A stretch of DNA of 64,000 nt from an uncultured Thermomicrobia bacterium. Lineage in GTDB: Bacteria > Chloroflexota > Chloroflexia > Thermomicrobiales > JALYUS01. How positions within the stretch are numbered: position 1 is the stretch's first letter; the number at the start of each line of letters is the position of its first letter. A program made the translations under genes and the position numbers. The notes under the pieces were generated by a model. The model saw only the letters and a list, made by a program, of their open reading frames with translations, searched no databases and was not told where the DNA came from. Positions 35,734 to 44,438 of the stretch are shown one piece after another. The stretch spans positions 10,302 through 74,301 of the forward strand of contig CALBSO010000095.1 of the NCBI GenBank assembly GCA_937968015.1, written 5' to 3'.

Positions 35734-36717
35734 ATGGGAAGGATTGAAGAGACTCGCCGGGTTTCCCGTCTGCTTGATATGGCGTGGCGCATCGCCGCCG
35801 CTCCCCGCCAGTGGACGCGGCGACGACTGGCTGAACAGTACGAGGTGAGCGAGCGCCAGATCACGAATGACCTCACACTGATGCGGCAGGGCCTTCATTG
35901 GCAGGTGACAACTTGCCACACCGGCTATTATTTCGATCCCATCCCCGCCATCCCCGGTGTGCAATTCACCTTACCCGAGGCACTCGCCCTTCTCCTCGCC
36001 ATGCGTGCAAGCATGGCACTCCCCGGCATCGCCTCGGTCGAACTGACGTCAGCAATTCTCCGTCTTGCGTCGCTTGTGCCGCCGCAAATCCAGGCGCTTG
36101 TCACGCTTCCGGACTCGCCACCATCACCACGGGAACACACCCTTCGTACACTGCAACTCGCTCTCGGTCAGCGCCGCCGTGTCCATCTGACCTATCAGGC
36201 CGCGTCGCATGGCGCTGAGATCACCGAGCGTGATTTCGACCCGTACGCGATCTTTCCCTATGGCCGCTCGTGGCATGTGATCGGCTACTGCCATCTGCGT
36301 CGCGCCATCCGCGATTTCAAGGCGGATCGCATCGCCGCCGTCGCCCCACGCACGAGCCTCTACGAGATTCCGTCCGATTTCACGGTCGCCGATTTCCTTA
36401 ATGAAGGGTGGGGGTTGATGCGCGATACCGGTGAACCCGCCGAGGAGGTGGTATTGCGCTTTTCCGCACTCGCCGGCCGCTGGGTGCGGGAGGAGCGCTG
36501 GCACACGACGCAGGAGATCACCGACGAAGCAGACGGCCGGGTGTGCTTCCGCGTCCATGTGCCGGTCACGCCGGAATTCCGCCATTGGGTTTTCCATTAC
36601 GGCAGCGAAGTCGAAGTCCTCGCCCCTCTGTCCCTCCGCGACTGGATGAGGGCAGAGGCTGAAGTCGTCGCAATGCAATATCGGCGTACGATTGGAGGGA
36701 ACAGTAATGGGGTGTAG
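35734..36717 (+). CDS. WYL-domain transcriptional regulator (HTH-WYL-WCX)
   Basis: N-terminal HTH (RRLAEQYEVSERQITNDLTLM). WYL core (YGRSWHVIGYCHLRRAIRDFKADRI). Confidence 0.85.
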   Translation: MGRIEETRRVSRLLDMAWRIAAAPRQWTRRRLAEQYEVSERQITNDLTLMRQGLHWQVTTCHTGYYFDPIPAIPGVQFTLPEALALLLAMRASMALPGIASVELTSAILRLASLVPPQIQALVTLPDSPPSPREHTLRTLQLALGQRRRVHLTYQAASHGAEITERDFDPYAIFPYGRSWHVIGYCHLRRAIRDFKADRIAAVAPRTSLYEIPSDFTVADFLNEGWGLMRDTGEPAEEVVLRFSALAGRWVREERWHTTQEITDEADGRVCFRVHVPVTPEFRHWVFHYGSEVEVLAPLSLRDWMRAEAEVVAMQYRRTIGGNSNGV

Positions 36718-36833
36718 ACGTGCCCAAGCGAAAGACGATTTCGGACTAACGGTGTCGCTCATTGCTCCGTGGTATTATCCTCTCAGACGGGCGGAAAGGG
36801 GTCGCCAGAATCTGCGGCAAAATCCTGTGCGCG

Positions 36834-36910
36834 AACTTCTCTACATTTGTAGAGGTGAACCGTCTCTTGCGATCGCGCGCGTAGCGTCCTCGCGTATGCG
36901 GGGGAACAGG
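36834..36910 (+). CRISPR. Degenerate mini-CRISPR: psiR1 - 20-nt spacer-like segment - psiR2 (CreA/CreR-like)
   Basis: psiR1 (36834-36862) keeps the GGTGAACCG 3' end and has a compensated stem, CTCTAC/GTAGAG in place of CCCCGC/GCGGGG. psiR2 (36883-36910) matches 18/22 of the first 22 repeat positions and retains the hairpin. The spacer-like segment is TCTCTTGCGATCGCGCGCGT. Confidence 0.6.
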
Positions 36911-36960
36911 CAAAGCCGCCTCGTGCCCGAAACCTGGTACGAGGCGGCTTTGCCTGTTTT
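36905..36960 (+). terminator. Strong stem-loop terminator right after psiR2
   Basis: 20-bp perfect stem AACAGGCAAAGCCGCCTCGT/ACGAGGCGGCTTTGCCTGTT, ending in a T-run (TTTTG). Confidence 0.6.
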
Positions 36961-36984
36961 GTCAAATGCGTACCGATAAATCTT

Positions 36985-37001
36985 GCGATCGCGAGAGACT
37001 T
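36985..37001 (-). promoter_or_regulatory. Predicted Cascade target of the psi-spacer: AAG PAM + 14-nt protospacer
   Basis: The minus strand reads 5'-AAG|TCTCTCGCGATCGC. It matches psi-spacer positions 1-5 and 7-14 and mismatches only at position 6. The PAM lies 10 bp upstream of the -35 hexamer at 37012. Confidence 0.55.
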
Positions 37002-37011
37002 TGCAAAAACA

Positions 37012-37040
37012 TTGACAAGGAAAACTCGGCACGTTAGAGT
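37012..37040 (+). promoter_or_regulatory. Near-consensus sigma70-type promoter TTGACA-17-TAGAGT
   Basis: The hexamers and 17-bp spacer are read directly. It points toward the structured RNA and cas3. Confidence 0.55.
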
Positions 37041-37046
37041 GGTAGC

Positions 37047-37215
37047 GTGTCCACCGATATACCGGTCCGATCCCGCCTGCCAGCATGGAGGGCCAGTATA
37101 TCGGGAGGACACTGAGAAACGTTGACCGGGTGCCTGACCGGTAAGGGTAGACCCTGCCAAGGTCACGGCGTACTGGCTGTATCAGTACGAGCGGGTTCGA
37201 TTCCCGCCCCGGTCT
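37047..37215 (+). ncRNA. Structured RNA / cas3 leader: 15-bp 5' hairpin domain followed by a tRNA-like domain
   Basis: GTGTCC-A-CCGATATAC (37047-37062) pairs with GTATATCGG-GA-GGACAC (37096-37112). The tRNA-like cloverleaf spans 37124-37215. No match to tmRNA, SRP or RNase P motifs was recognised. Confidence 0.4.
37124..37215 (+). ncRNA. tRNA-like element: Gly(GCC)-type anticodon arm, 25-nt variable arm, no encoded CCA
   Basis: 7-bp acceptor GACCGGG/CCCGGTC. D-arm CCTG-ACCGGTA-AGGG contains GG. The anticodon arm is AGACC-CTGCCAA-GGTCA. The long variable hairpin is GTACTG-GCTGTAT-CAGTAC. T-arm GCGGG-TTCGATT-CCCGC, discriminator U. The five genuine tRNAs in the window all encode CCA. Confidence 0.45.
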
Positions 37216-37321
37216 CTCTAGTATAGGAGAGCGCCGATTTGATGTCAAAGATAAATGGGGAATTTCCGTCGAAAAGTGTCGAAGGCTTCTCACGAGGATG
37301 CACAACGAAGGAGGGTGTTGG

Positions 37322-40219
37322 ATGCCACGTTTGTCGTTTTCGTCTCTAGTCCTGTGGGCGAAATCGCGTACTGGAGAGCAAGGCCCTCCATTCCACCCGT
37401 TACTCTTTCACCTGCTCGATGTTGCGGCGGTGACCCAAGCGATCTGGGATCGCGTGCTTTCACTGGCGGCGAAGCGGGCGATTGCGGCGGAACTCGGTCT
37501 CGGCACGAATGTCGCGGCAGCGCGATGGTGGGTCATCTTCCTCGCCGGGGCGCACGACATCGGCAAGGCATCACCCGCCTTCCAGTACATGAAGAACCAT
37601 GCCACAGACGAAGCGCAAAAGGCGTTGCACGAGCAACTCGGTGCCGCCAACCTTCCGAACACCCTGAAGCCGAATCAGACGCGGCACGGACCAATCAGCA
37701 CACTTATCCTCCAAGATGTCCTCGCAACGGCGGACTACGGCTGGTCCGCGCGGGATGCGGAGAACATCGCCACCGCGATTGGCGGACATCACGGCATCTT
37801 TCCTTCCAGCAGCCTACTTGGAGAACAAGATACCAAATATGGACGCGGCGAAAAGGGTGCGTGGGACACCGTTCAGCGCGAATTGCTTGCGATGCTCGCC
37901 GATCTGCTCGGTGGGGTACCGGAGCGGGTTCCGCAGGGCGTGACCACTGCGGCGGCGATGACCATTGCGGGTCTCGTCTCGGTGGCGGACTGGATCGGCT
38001 CGGACGATGCCCGTTTCGCCTACGCGGAGCGCGGGGCGGACGGGCTACCAATCCTCTCGCCAGAGGCATACCGCGACCACGCGCGTCAGTGCGCGGCAAC
38101 GGCAATGAGCGATCTGCGCTGGCAATTGCCTACGGAATCGGGTGAAGCAAAACGCGAATTCCGGGCGATCTTTACGTTCGAGCAAAACCCGACGCAGCAG
38201 GCGGCGATTAACCGGGCGGCGGACATGCACGCGCCGGGGCTGACGATCATCGAGTCGCCGATGGGCGAGGGCAAGACCGAGGCAGCGCTCTATCTTATGG
38301 AACACGCGGCGCGTGTCCTCGGTGCGACGGGGTGCTACGTCGCGCTGCCCACGCAGGCGACGAGCAATCAGATGTTCGCGCGCGTGGTGGCATACTTGCA
38401 GACGCGCTTCCCCGCCTCCGCCGATATGGTGAATGTGCAACTGCTCCACGGGCATGCCGATCTTTCCGCTCTGTTCACCTTGCTCCGCAAAGCGGCGGAA
38501 ACCGGCACGACCACGAATGATGTCAACCCCACCGATGTTGATGGCGATGCGCATGCGAGCGTCGTCGCGGCGGAATGGTTCACCTACCGCAAGCGCGGTC
38601 TGCTCGCGCCCTTCGGCGTCGGCACCGTGGATCAGGCGCTGCTCGCGGTCTTGCAGACGCGCCACGTCTTCGTGCGGCTCTTCGGCCTCGCGCACAAGTG
38701 CGTCATCATTGATGAAGTTCATGCGTATGATACGTATATGACGACGTTGCTCAGCCGCCTGCTGATGTGGCTCGGCGCGCTCGGCTGCCCCGTCATCCTC
38801 CTCTCCGCCACTCTCCCGAACGGCCGTCGCGAGGACTTGTTGCGCGCGTACGCCGAGGGAACGGGCCATGCGCTCTCCGAATCCGCGCCGCTTCCTACCG
38901 CTCCGTACCCTCGCCTCTCGTGGGTAGAGGATGGTGTGCCCGGCGCGATGCCGATTGCCGGTGTGTCCCCACGCTCGACGAAGCGCGTGCACATCGTGTG
39001 GGTGGACGGCACTGTTCCGGAAGGCGAGGAAACGGACTTCCCGCTCGGTGAATTACTGCGGAAGAAACTAGCGCACGGCGGCTGCGTGGCGGTGATCTGC
39101 AACACGGTCGCGCGGGCGCAGGCCGTCTATCGCGCCCTGCGACGGTATTTCCCCGACGACGAACTCGCCTGCGATGCGGATGGGAACGCGATTGACGGTC
39201 ATCCCGTACTTGATCTCCTGCATTCCCGCTATCGTTTCATCGAGCGGCAGCAGCGGGAGCAGCGCACACTGCTGCGCTTCGGTAAGCCGGGGGACACAAT
39301 CGAGGTGGAGCAAGGCGGAGTGACGACGCAAAAGACCGTCAATCGCCCCAAGACTGCCGTGCTCGTCGCGACCCAGATCATCGAGCAGAGCCTCGATCTC
39401 GACTTCGATCTTATGGTGACGGACCTCGCCCCGGCAGACCTCGTCCTCCAGCGCCTCGGTCGCCTCTACCGCCACGACCGCCCCGACCGCCCAACCGGGG
39501 ACGATTGCACCCTCTACCTCTGTCGCCCTGTCTCGGTCAGCCCGGAGGGCGTGCCGACCTTCGAGCGGTACTTTGATTTGGTCTATGACGCGCATGTCCT
39601 CCTGCGCTCGTGGCTCACCCTCCATGACCGCACGGGGCTGTTCATTCCTGGCGACGTCGAGGAGATCATCGAGAATGTGTACGGTGCGCAAGATTGCCCG
39701 ACGATCTACCCGGACACGCTACGGGCGACGTGGCAGGAGACACGCGCTGAGAAGGAGAAGGGTGACGCGGGCGAAGCGGACGAGGCGCGGGATCGCCATC
39801 TAAAACGCCCCGACTTCAGCGGCGAACTGTGGCAGATCGTCCCCGCTCTCGGGATGGAGGAGGACGCGCCCGAACTCCACAAACAATTCCAAGCCCTCAC
39901 ACGATTGTCGGACGAGAGTGTGTCCGTTGTGCTGTTATACCCTCACGAGTGTGACGCGCTCCTCGACGGCAAACCGCCATCCTCGAAGCGCGTCCGGGAG
40001 ATATTGCGGCGATCGTTGACGGTCAGCACACGCCGTGCGGTCGCAATCATTCGAGAGGAGGGAGAGAAGCCGACCGCATGGAAGAAGGCTCGGTTCCTAC
40101 GGCATCACTACTGTGTGCGTCTCGAAGCCGATGGCACGTACGGGAGGGGGAAGAACCGATTGCGCTACGACAGGACCGAGGGTTTGACCGTGATACAGGG
40201 GAACGAGGTGATGCCCTGA
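37322..40219 (+). CDS. cas3: CRISPR-associated helicase/nuclease Cas3 (type I-E)
   Basis: HD domain (HLLDVAAV, GAHDIGKASPAFQ), DEAH box (VIIDEVH) and helicase C domain. GAAGGAGGG RBS before ATG 37322. Confidence 0.95.
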   Translation: MPRLSFSSLVLWAKSRTGEQGPPFHPLLFHLLDVAAVTQAIWDRVLSLAAKRAIAAELGLGTNVAAARWWVIFLAGAHDIGKASPAFQYMKNHATDEAQKALHEQLGAANLPNTLKPNQTRHGPISTLILQDVLATADYGWSARDAENIATAIGGHHGIFPSSSLLGEQDTKYGRGEKGAWDTVQRELLAMLADLLGGVPERVPQGVTTAAAMTIAGLVSVADWIGSDDARFAYAERGADGLPILSPEAYRDHARQCAATAMSDLRWQLPTESGEAKREFRAIFTFEQNPTQQAAINRAADMHAPGLTIIESPMGEGKTEAALYLMEHAARVLGATGCYVALPTQATSNQMFARVVAYLQTRFPASADMVNVQLLHGHADLSALFTLLRKAAETGTTTNDVNPTDVDGDAHASVVAAEWFTYRKRGLLAPFGVGTVDQALLAVLQTRHVFVRLFGLAHKCVIIDEVHAYDTYMTTLLSRLLMWLGALGCPVILLSATLPNGRREDLLRAYAEGTGHALSESAPLPTAPYPRLSWVEDGVPGAMPIAGVSPRSTKRVHIVWVDGTVPEGEETDFPLGELLRKKLAHGGCVAVICNTVARAQAVYRALRRYFPDDELACDADGNAIDGHPVLDLLHSRYRFIERQQREQRTLLRFGKPGDTIEVEQGGVTTQKTVNRPKTAVLVATQIIEQSLDLDFDLMVTDLAPADLVLQRLGRLYRHDRPDRPTGDDCTLYLCRPVSVSPEGVPTFERYFDLVYDAHVLLRSWLTLHDRTGLFIPGDVEEIIENVYGAQDCPTIYPDTLRATWQETRAEKEKGDAGEADEARDRHLKRPDFSGELWQIVPALGMEEDAPELHKQFQALTRLSDESVSVVLLYPHECDALLDGKPPSSKRVREILRRSLTVSTRRAVAIIREEGEKPTAWKKARFLRHHYCVRLEADGTYGRGKNRLRYDRTEGLTVIQGNEVMP

Positions 40220-41901
40220 TGCAGCAATTCAATCTGCTCGATGAGCGGTGGATTCCTTGTATTCGCGCGGACGACGGCACGGAAGAGGAGTACAGCCTCG
40301 CCGGTGTGCTCGTGAACGCGCACGCGCTGCGGGAGATTCGCGACTCCTCTCCGCTGGTGATTGCCGCCCTCCATCGGCTACTGCTCGCGGTGATTCACCG
40401 CGCCACGCGGCCGGACGGTGAGCAGGGCGGCCCCGCATCGTGGGAGGAATGGCGCGACCTCTGGACGCAGGGACACTTCGATGCGGAGCAATTAACGCAA
40501 TACCTCGAAGTATGGCGTCACCGCTTCGCATTGTTCGGCGACGATCGACCCTTCTATCAAGCGGCAAGTCTCGACTTCTCCTATGAACGCGCGATCACCA
40601 ATCTTACGCATGAACTGAATACGGACGGCACTACGCTCTTCGATCACACCACGCGGGCGAACTCCCCGGCGTTCTCCCCCGCCCGCGCCGCGCGCTATCT
40701 CGTCGCGCATCAGGCATTCGCCATCGGCGGGCTGCTCTCGCTGGAGAAGGGACAGGACCCGAAACTCTATAAGTCCGCCGATTCCGCACCGCTCACGAAG
40801 GGTGCCGTACTGCTCGTGCAGGGGGAAACCCTCTTCGAGACGCTGATGCTGAACCTGCACCGCTATAACCGCCAAGATGCGGAGCCGTTCGCGATGGATG
40901 CGGATGACGCCCCAGCCTGGGAACGCGAGACGGAGACGAGGGCCGAAGACCGCCGTTTGAAGGGGTATCTCGATCTGTTGACATGGCAAAGCCGCCGCAT
41001 TCGGTTGCACCCCACCAAGGAGCCGGATGGGACGGTTGTGGTGCGGAGCGTCGTCGTCATGAAGGGGAATCAGTTCCCGGACGGCTTCAACCGCTTCGGC
41101 CACGAGACAATGCTCGCCTTCCGCGTCAATAAGAAAGCGAAAGGGGCGGAGGACCCGACGCCCGTTGTCAGTTTCCAGCCCGAGAAAGCCCTCTGGCGTG
41201 ACAGCCTCACATTGCTGCAATCGGCGGAGGATGCGAGGAAACGACCGAAGATGCTTGACTGGCTGGCGATCCTCACCGGACATCATGTCCTCGACCGCGC
41301 GCAGAGGGTGCCACTTGTCGCCTACGGTCTCGGATCGGATCGGGCAAAGATCTTCTTCTGGCGCACGGAGCAATTGCCGCTCCCGCTCGCCTATCTCTCC
41401 GACCCTGACTTGCTGGCGCGCGTCCGCGATGCTCTCGCACTCGCGGAGCAGACGGGGCGGGTCCTGCGCGATGCGATCCGCGAATTCGCCCGCTATATCT
41501 TCGTCCCCGACCCGTCAGATGATGTTCGAGTAACGCAAGACCTCTATCGTCAACGGAGCAAGGACATCGCTGCCTTATGCGCCACCCTCGCACCCGGTCG
41601 GCGGTACTGGGCGGCGCTGGACGCGGAATTCTCCCGATTTCTCGTCGCGCAAGCGGGAGAGGCGGCGAGCCGCCCGCCGGGAGAGACAGGGGAGTTGCCG
41701 ATTGAACAGGCATTCATAGATTGGGGTAACGCAGTGCGCGACGCCGCGCGTGACGACTTCACCGCGCTTGTCGGCGGGCACGATGACTCGGCGCGTGCAA
41801 TGAAGGCGACAGTGCAGGCGCGGGGGTATTTCGAGGGACTATCGGCCTACTGGCGCAGACGCGCCGGATTGGACAGGAAGGAGGAAATGAATGGTGGATA
41901 G
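40219..41901 (+). CDS. cas8e: Cascade large subunit Cse1/Cas8e (CasA)
   Basis: Typical N-terminus MQQFNLLDERWIP. TGATG overlap with the cas3 stop. ~560 aa. Confidence 0.9.
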   Translation: MQQFNLLDERWIPCIRADDGTEEEYSLAGVLVNAHALREIRDSSPLVIAALHRLLLAVIHRATRPDGEQGGPASWEEWRDLWTQGHFDAEQLTQYLEVWRHRFALFGDDRPFYQAASLDFSYERAITNLTHELNTDGTTLFDHTTRANSPAFSPARAARYLVAHQAFAIGGLLSLEKGQDPKLYKSADSAPLTKGAVLLVQGETLFETLMLNLHRYNRQDAEPFAMDADDAPAWERETETRAEDRRLKGYLDLLTWQSRRIRLHPTKEPDGTVVVRSVVVMKGNQFPDGFNRFGHETMLAFRVNKKAKGAEDPTPVVSFQPEKALWRDSLTLLQSAEDARKRPKMLDWLAILTGHHVLDRAQRVPLVAYGLGSDRAKIFFWRTEQLPLPLAYLSDPDLLARVRDALALAEQTGRVLRDAIREFARYIFVPDPSDDVRVTQDLYRQRSKDIAALCATLAPGRRYWAALDAEFSRFLVAQAGEAASRPPGETGELPIEQAFIDWGNAVRDAARDDFTALVGGHDDSARAMKATVQARGYFEGLSAYWRRRAGLDRKEEMNGG

Positions 41902-42541
41902 CGATGCGCCTTTCATCCGCTATCTCTACAAACTTGCGAGCGACGAGCGCGGCGGCGGCAAGGACGCACCGGGCGCGCGGGCTGCACTCGCCGGATTGCG
42001 CCGGGGGCGCGGCAAGGAGCCGGGGACAGTCACCGAGATGTATTCGCTTGTCGTGCCGCGATTGCGAGAAGCAAAATCGTGGGAACAGCAGTCATGGGTG
42101 GACGAAACATATTTCCTGATTGCCGCACTTTTCGCGGGTCACCGCTGGAGCCGGGAAAACGCCGAACCGGATTCATTCAAGGAGTCCCGTAGCAACCTCG
42201 GCACGTCATTCCGCGCATTCGCGCGCGCTGCCGAAGCCGACGGGCATGCGGTGAGCGCGAGTACGGAAAAGCGCTTCGCCGCTCTACTGGAATGCGATCG
42301 CCAGCGGTTGCCCGATCATCTACGCTACGCCATTAACCTCTTGGGCGACATCCCAATTGACTGGGCGACATTGCTCGATGACATCCTCCGCTGGGATGCG
42401 GAGAAGCGGACGCAACTGCGATGGGCGAAGGCGTATTGGTATCGCCCGCCCGCGAGACCCACCGATGACGAATCCCCAACGGGACAGACCAACGACGATG
42501 ACGACAATGGCGCTGACGCGCTCGCAGAAGAAGGAGACTAA
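41891..42541 (+). CDS. cse2: Cascade small subunit Cse2 (CasB)
   Basis: Position and size fit Cse2. Arg-rich helical protein. Overlaps the cse1 end by 11 nt. Confidence 0.85.
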   Translation: MVDSDAPFIRYLYKLASDERGGGKDAPGARAALAGLRRGRGKEPGTVTEMYSLVVPRLREAKSWEQQSWVDETYFLIAALFAGHRWSRENAEPDSFKESRSNLGTSFRAFARAAEADGHAVSASTEKRFAALLECDRQRLPDHLRYAINLLGDIPIDWATLLDDILRWDAEKRTQLRWAKAYWYRPPARPTDDESPTGQTNDDDDNGADALAEEGD

Positions 42542-42546
42542 CCACC

Positions 42547-43695
42547 ATGTTGATTGAACTGCACGCCATTCAGAACTTCGCGCCCTCGAACCTGAACCGG
42601 GACGACACCGGCGCGCCGAAGGATTGCCTTTTCGGGGGGTACCGCCGTGCCCGCGTCTCCAGCCAAGCCTTCAAGCGGGCGATGCGAATGGAGTTCCGTG
42701 ACGGCGGCCTGCTGCCGGACAAGGCGGATATTGGCACGCGCACGAAGCGCATCGTCGAGGGGTTAACCGCGCGGTTGGGAGACGCCGGGATCGCGGAGGA
42801 GGAGTCGAGGCCGCTCATCGAACGGGCGCTTGGCGGCCTCGGCCTGAAACTCGAAGAGAACAAGACGCAATATCTCCTCTTCGTCGGCCCCCGCGAACTC
42901 GACGCCCTCGCGGTGGCGTGCGTGCAACTCCGCGATATGGGAGAGAGTGATACGACGGGCGACGGGGCGACGAAGAGCGGGCGGAACGCGAAGAGAGAGG
43001 CGAAGAGTGCCATCACCGGGGAGATGCAGCGGACCTTGAAGGCGGCAATGGACGGCGGCAAGGCAGCGGACATCGCGCTCTTTGGGCGGATGGTCGCGGA
43101 TAATGCCGACATTAACACCGACGCCGCTTGCCAGGTGGCGCACGCCATCTCCACGCACAAGACGGACATCGAGTTCGACTACTACACCGCCGTGGACGAC
43201 CTCAATCCGAAGGAGGAGACCGGGGCAGGGATGATCGGCACGGTGGAGTTCAACTCCGCCTGCTTCTATCGTTACGCGAACGTTGACCTCGACCAGTTAC
43301 GCCACAACCTCAACGACGATGCGGCAGCAGTCCACCAAACACTTGAAGCGTTCGTGCGCGCCTTCGTGACCGCCATCCCCGCTGGGAAGCAGAACAGTAT
43401 GGCGGCGCAGAACCCGCCCTCGTTCGTCTTCGCGGTAGCGCGGGACGCGGGCAACTGGTCACTCGCCAACGCCTACGTGCGCCCGGTGCCGCAGCACGCG
43501 GACGATCTCGTCAAGGAATCCATCGGGCGGCTCGACACGGAATGGGCGGGGATTACGAAGATGTACGGCACGCGCTCCATCGTCGGCACCTGGTGGTGCG
43601 CCTCCCACGACGTGCCGCAGTCCATCGCGCTGCGCGATGAGGTGCCGGATGTGGACACCCTCGTTGAGCGCGTGCTCATGGCAGGGACGGCATGA
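42547..43695 (+). CDS. cas7e: Cascade backbone subunit Cas7e (CasC/Cse4)
   Basis: N-terminus MLIELHAIQNFAPSNLNRDDTGAPK is typical of Cas7e. Confidence 0.92.
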   Translation: MLIELHAIQNFAPSNLNRDDTGAPKDCLFGGYRRARVSSQAFKRAMRMEFRDGGLLPDKADIGTRTKRIVEGLTARLGDAGIAEEESRPLIERALGGLGLKLEENKTQYLLFVGPRELDALAVACVQLRDMGESDTTGDGATKSGRNAKREAKSAITGEMQRTLKAAMDGGKAADIALFGRMVADNADINTDAACQVAHAISTHKTDIEFDYYTAVDDLNPKEETGAGMIGTVEFNSACFYRYANVDLDQLRHNLNDDAAAVHQTLEAFVRAFVTAIPAGKQNSMAAQNPPSFVFAVARDAGNWSLANAYVRPVPQHADDLVKESIGRLDTEWAGITKMYGTRSIVGTWWCASHDVPQSIALRDEVPDVDTLVERVLMAGTA

Positions 43696-44438
43696 AGACG
43701 CTGCTGATGCGGCTCGCGGGGCCGATGCAGTCATGGGGGACGCAGAGCCAGTTCCGCGAGCGCGACACCGGGCTTGAGCCCTCCAAGAGCGGCGTCATCG
43801 GCCTCTTGTGCGCCGCGCTTGGCCGTCCGCGCGAGTCATCCGTCGCCGACCTCGCCGCGCTGGTGATGGGTGTGCGGGTCGAGCACGAGGGGGCGATGCG
43901 CCGCGACTATCAGACCACAGGGGGTTGGCACCTCCGGGAAGACAAAGGGCGATACGGCGTGGCGAAAGCGGACGGGAGTTTGTCGAAGGAAGCTGTGCCT
44001 TCCGACCGCTACTACCTCGCGGACGCGGACTTCCTCGTCGGCTTGAGCGGAGAGGATGAGCGGCTGCTCCACGCACTCGATGACGCCCTCGCGGCGCCGC
44101 ACTGGCCGCTCTGCCTCGGGCGCAAGGCATTCGCCCCCGCCGTGCCGGTATGTCTGCCGGAGGGCGGTGTCGTGGACGGCGATGTCGAAACCGTCCTCAA
44201 GGAACATCCATGGCTTGGTCATCGCAGACCCGGCGAGCGGAAGCCGGAGAGTCTTCGTCTCGTGCTCGAATCCCCGACAGGAGCGCGGCGGCAGGACGTG
44301 CCGGCCTCGTTCGCGCTGGGGCGGCGGGAGTTCCGCGTCCGCTACGTCGCAACAGACTTCGTCTCGCTGAAAAATCTACCACAACAGGGAGGAGAAGTGA
44401 CCGATGTTTCTGTCGAAACTGACGCTGAATCTGCGTGA
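43692..44438 (+). CDS. cas5e: Cas5e (CasD)
   Basis: N-terminus MKTLLMRLAGPMQSWG. ATGA overlap with cas7e. Confidence 0.92.
   Translation: MKTLLMRLAGPMQSWGTQSQFRERDTGLEPSKSGVIGLLCAALGRPRESSVADLAALVMGVRVEHEGAMRRDYQTTGGWHLREDKGRYGVAKADGSLSKEAVPSDRYYLADADFLVGLSGEDERLLHALDDALAAPHWPLCLGRKAFAPAVPVCLPEGGVVDGDVETVLKEHPWLGHRRPGERKPESLRLVLESPTGARRQDVPASFALGRREFRVRYVATDFVSLKNLPQQGGEVTDVSVETDAESA

Noticed and set aside
36981-36996. Near-palindrome TCTTGCGATCGCGAGA read simply as a HIP1-like (GCGATCGC) repeat
   Set aside because: In this intergenic region I noticed GCGATCGC only at this site and inside the psi-spacer. The AAG PAM and the position-6-only mismatch fit a Cascade target better. A protein (WYL) operator remains an alternative, noted in the finding.
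37047-37215. Possibility that the structured RNA is tmRNA, SRP RNA, RNase P RNA or 6S RNA
   Set aside because: None of the diagnostic motifs is present: no tmRNA 5' GGGG...acceptor/tag ORF, no SRP GGAAGCAGCC helix-8 motif, no RNase P GAGGAAAGUCC. The length is also wrong.
37124-37215. Possibility that the T-arm/acceptor-like sequence is just a remnant att site of another integration
   Set aside because: A perfect complementary 5' acceptor strand, a D-arm and an anticodon arm are all present 60 nt upstream. It is therefore a complete cloverleaf rather than a 3' fragment. This is not fully excluded.
37255-38145. 296-aa plus-strand ORF overlapping the 5' part of cas3 in another frame
   Set aside because: The cas3 frame carries HD-domain motifs, whereas this frame gives an Arg/Gly-rich shadow translation.
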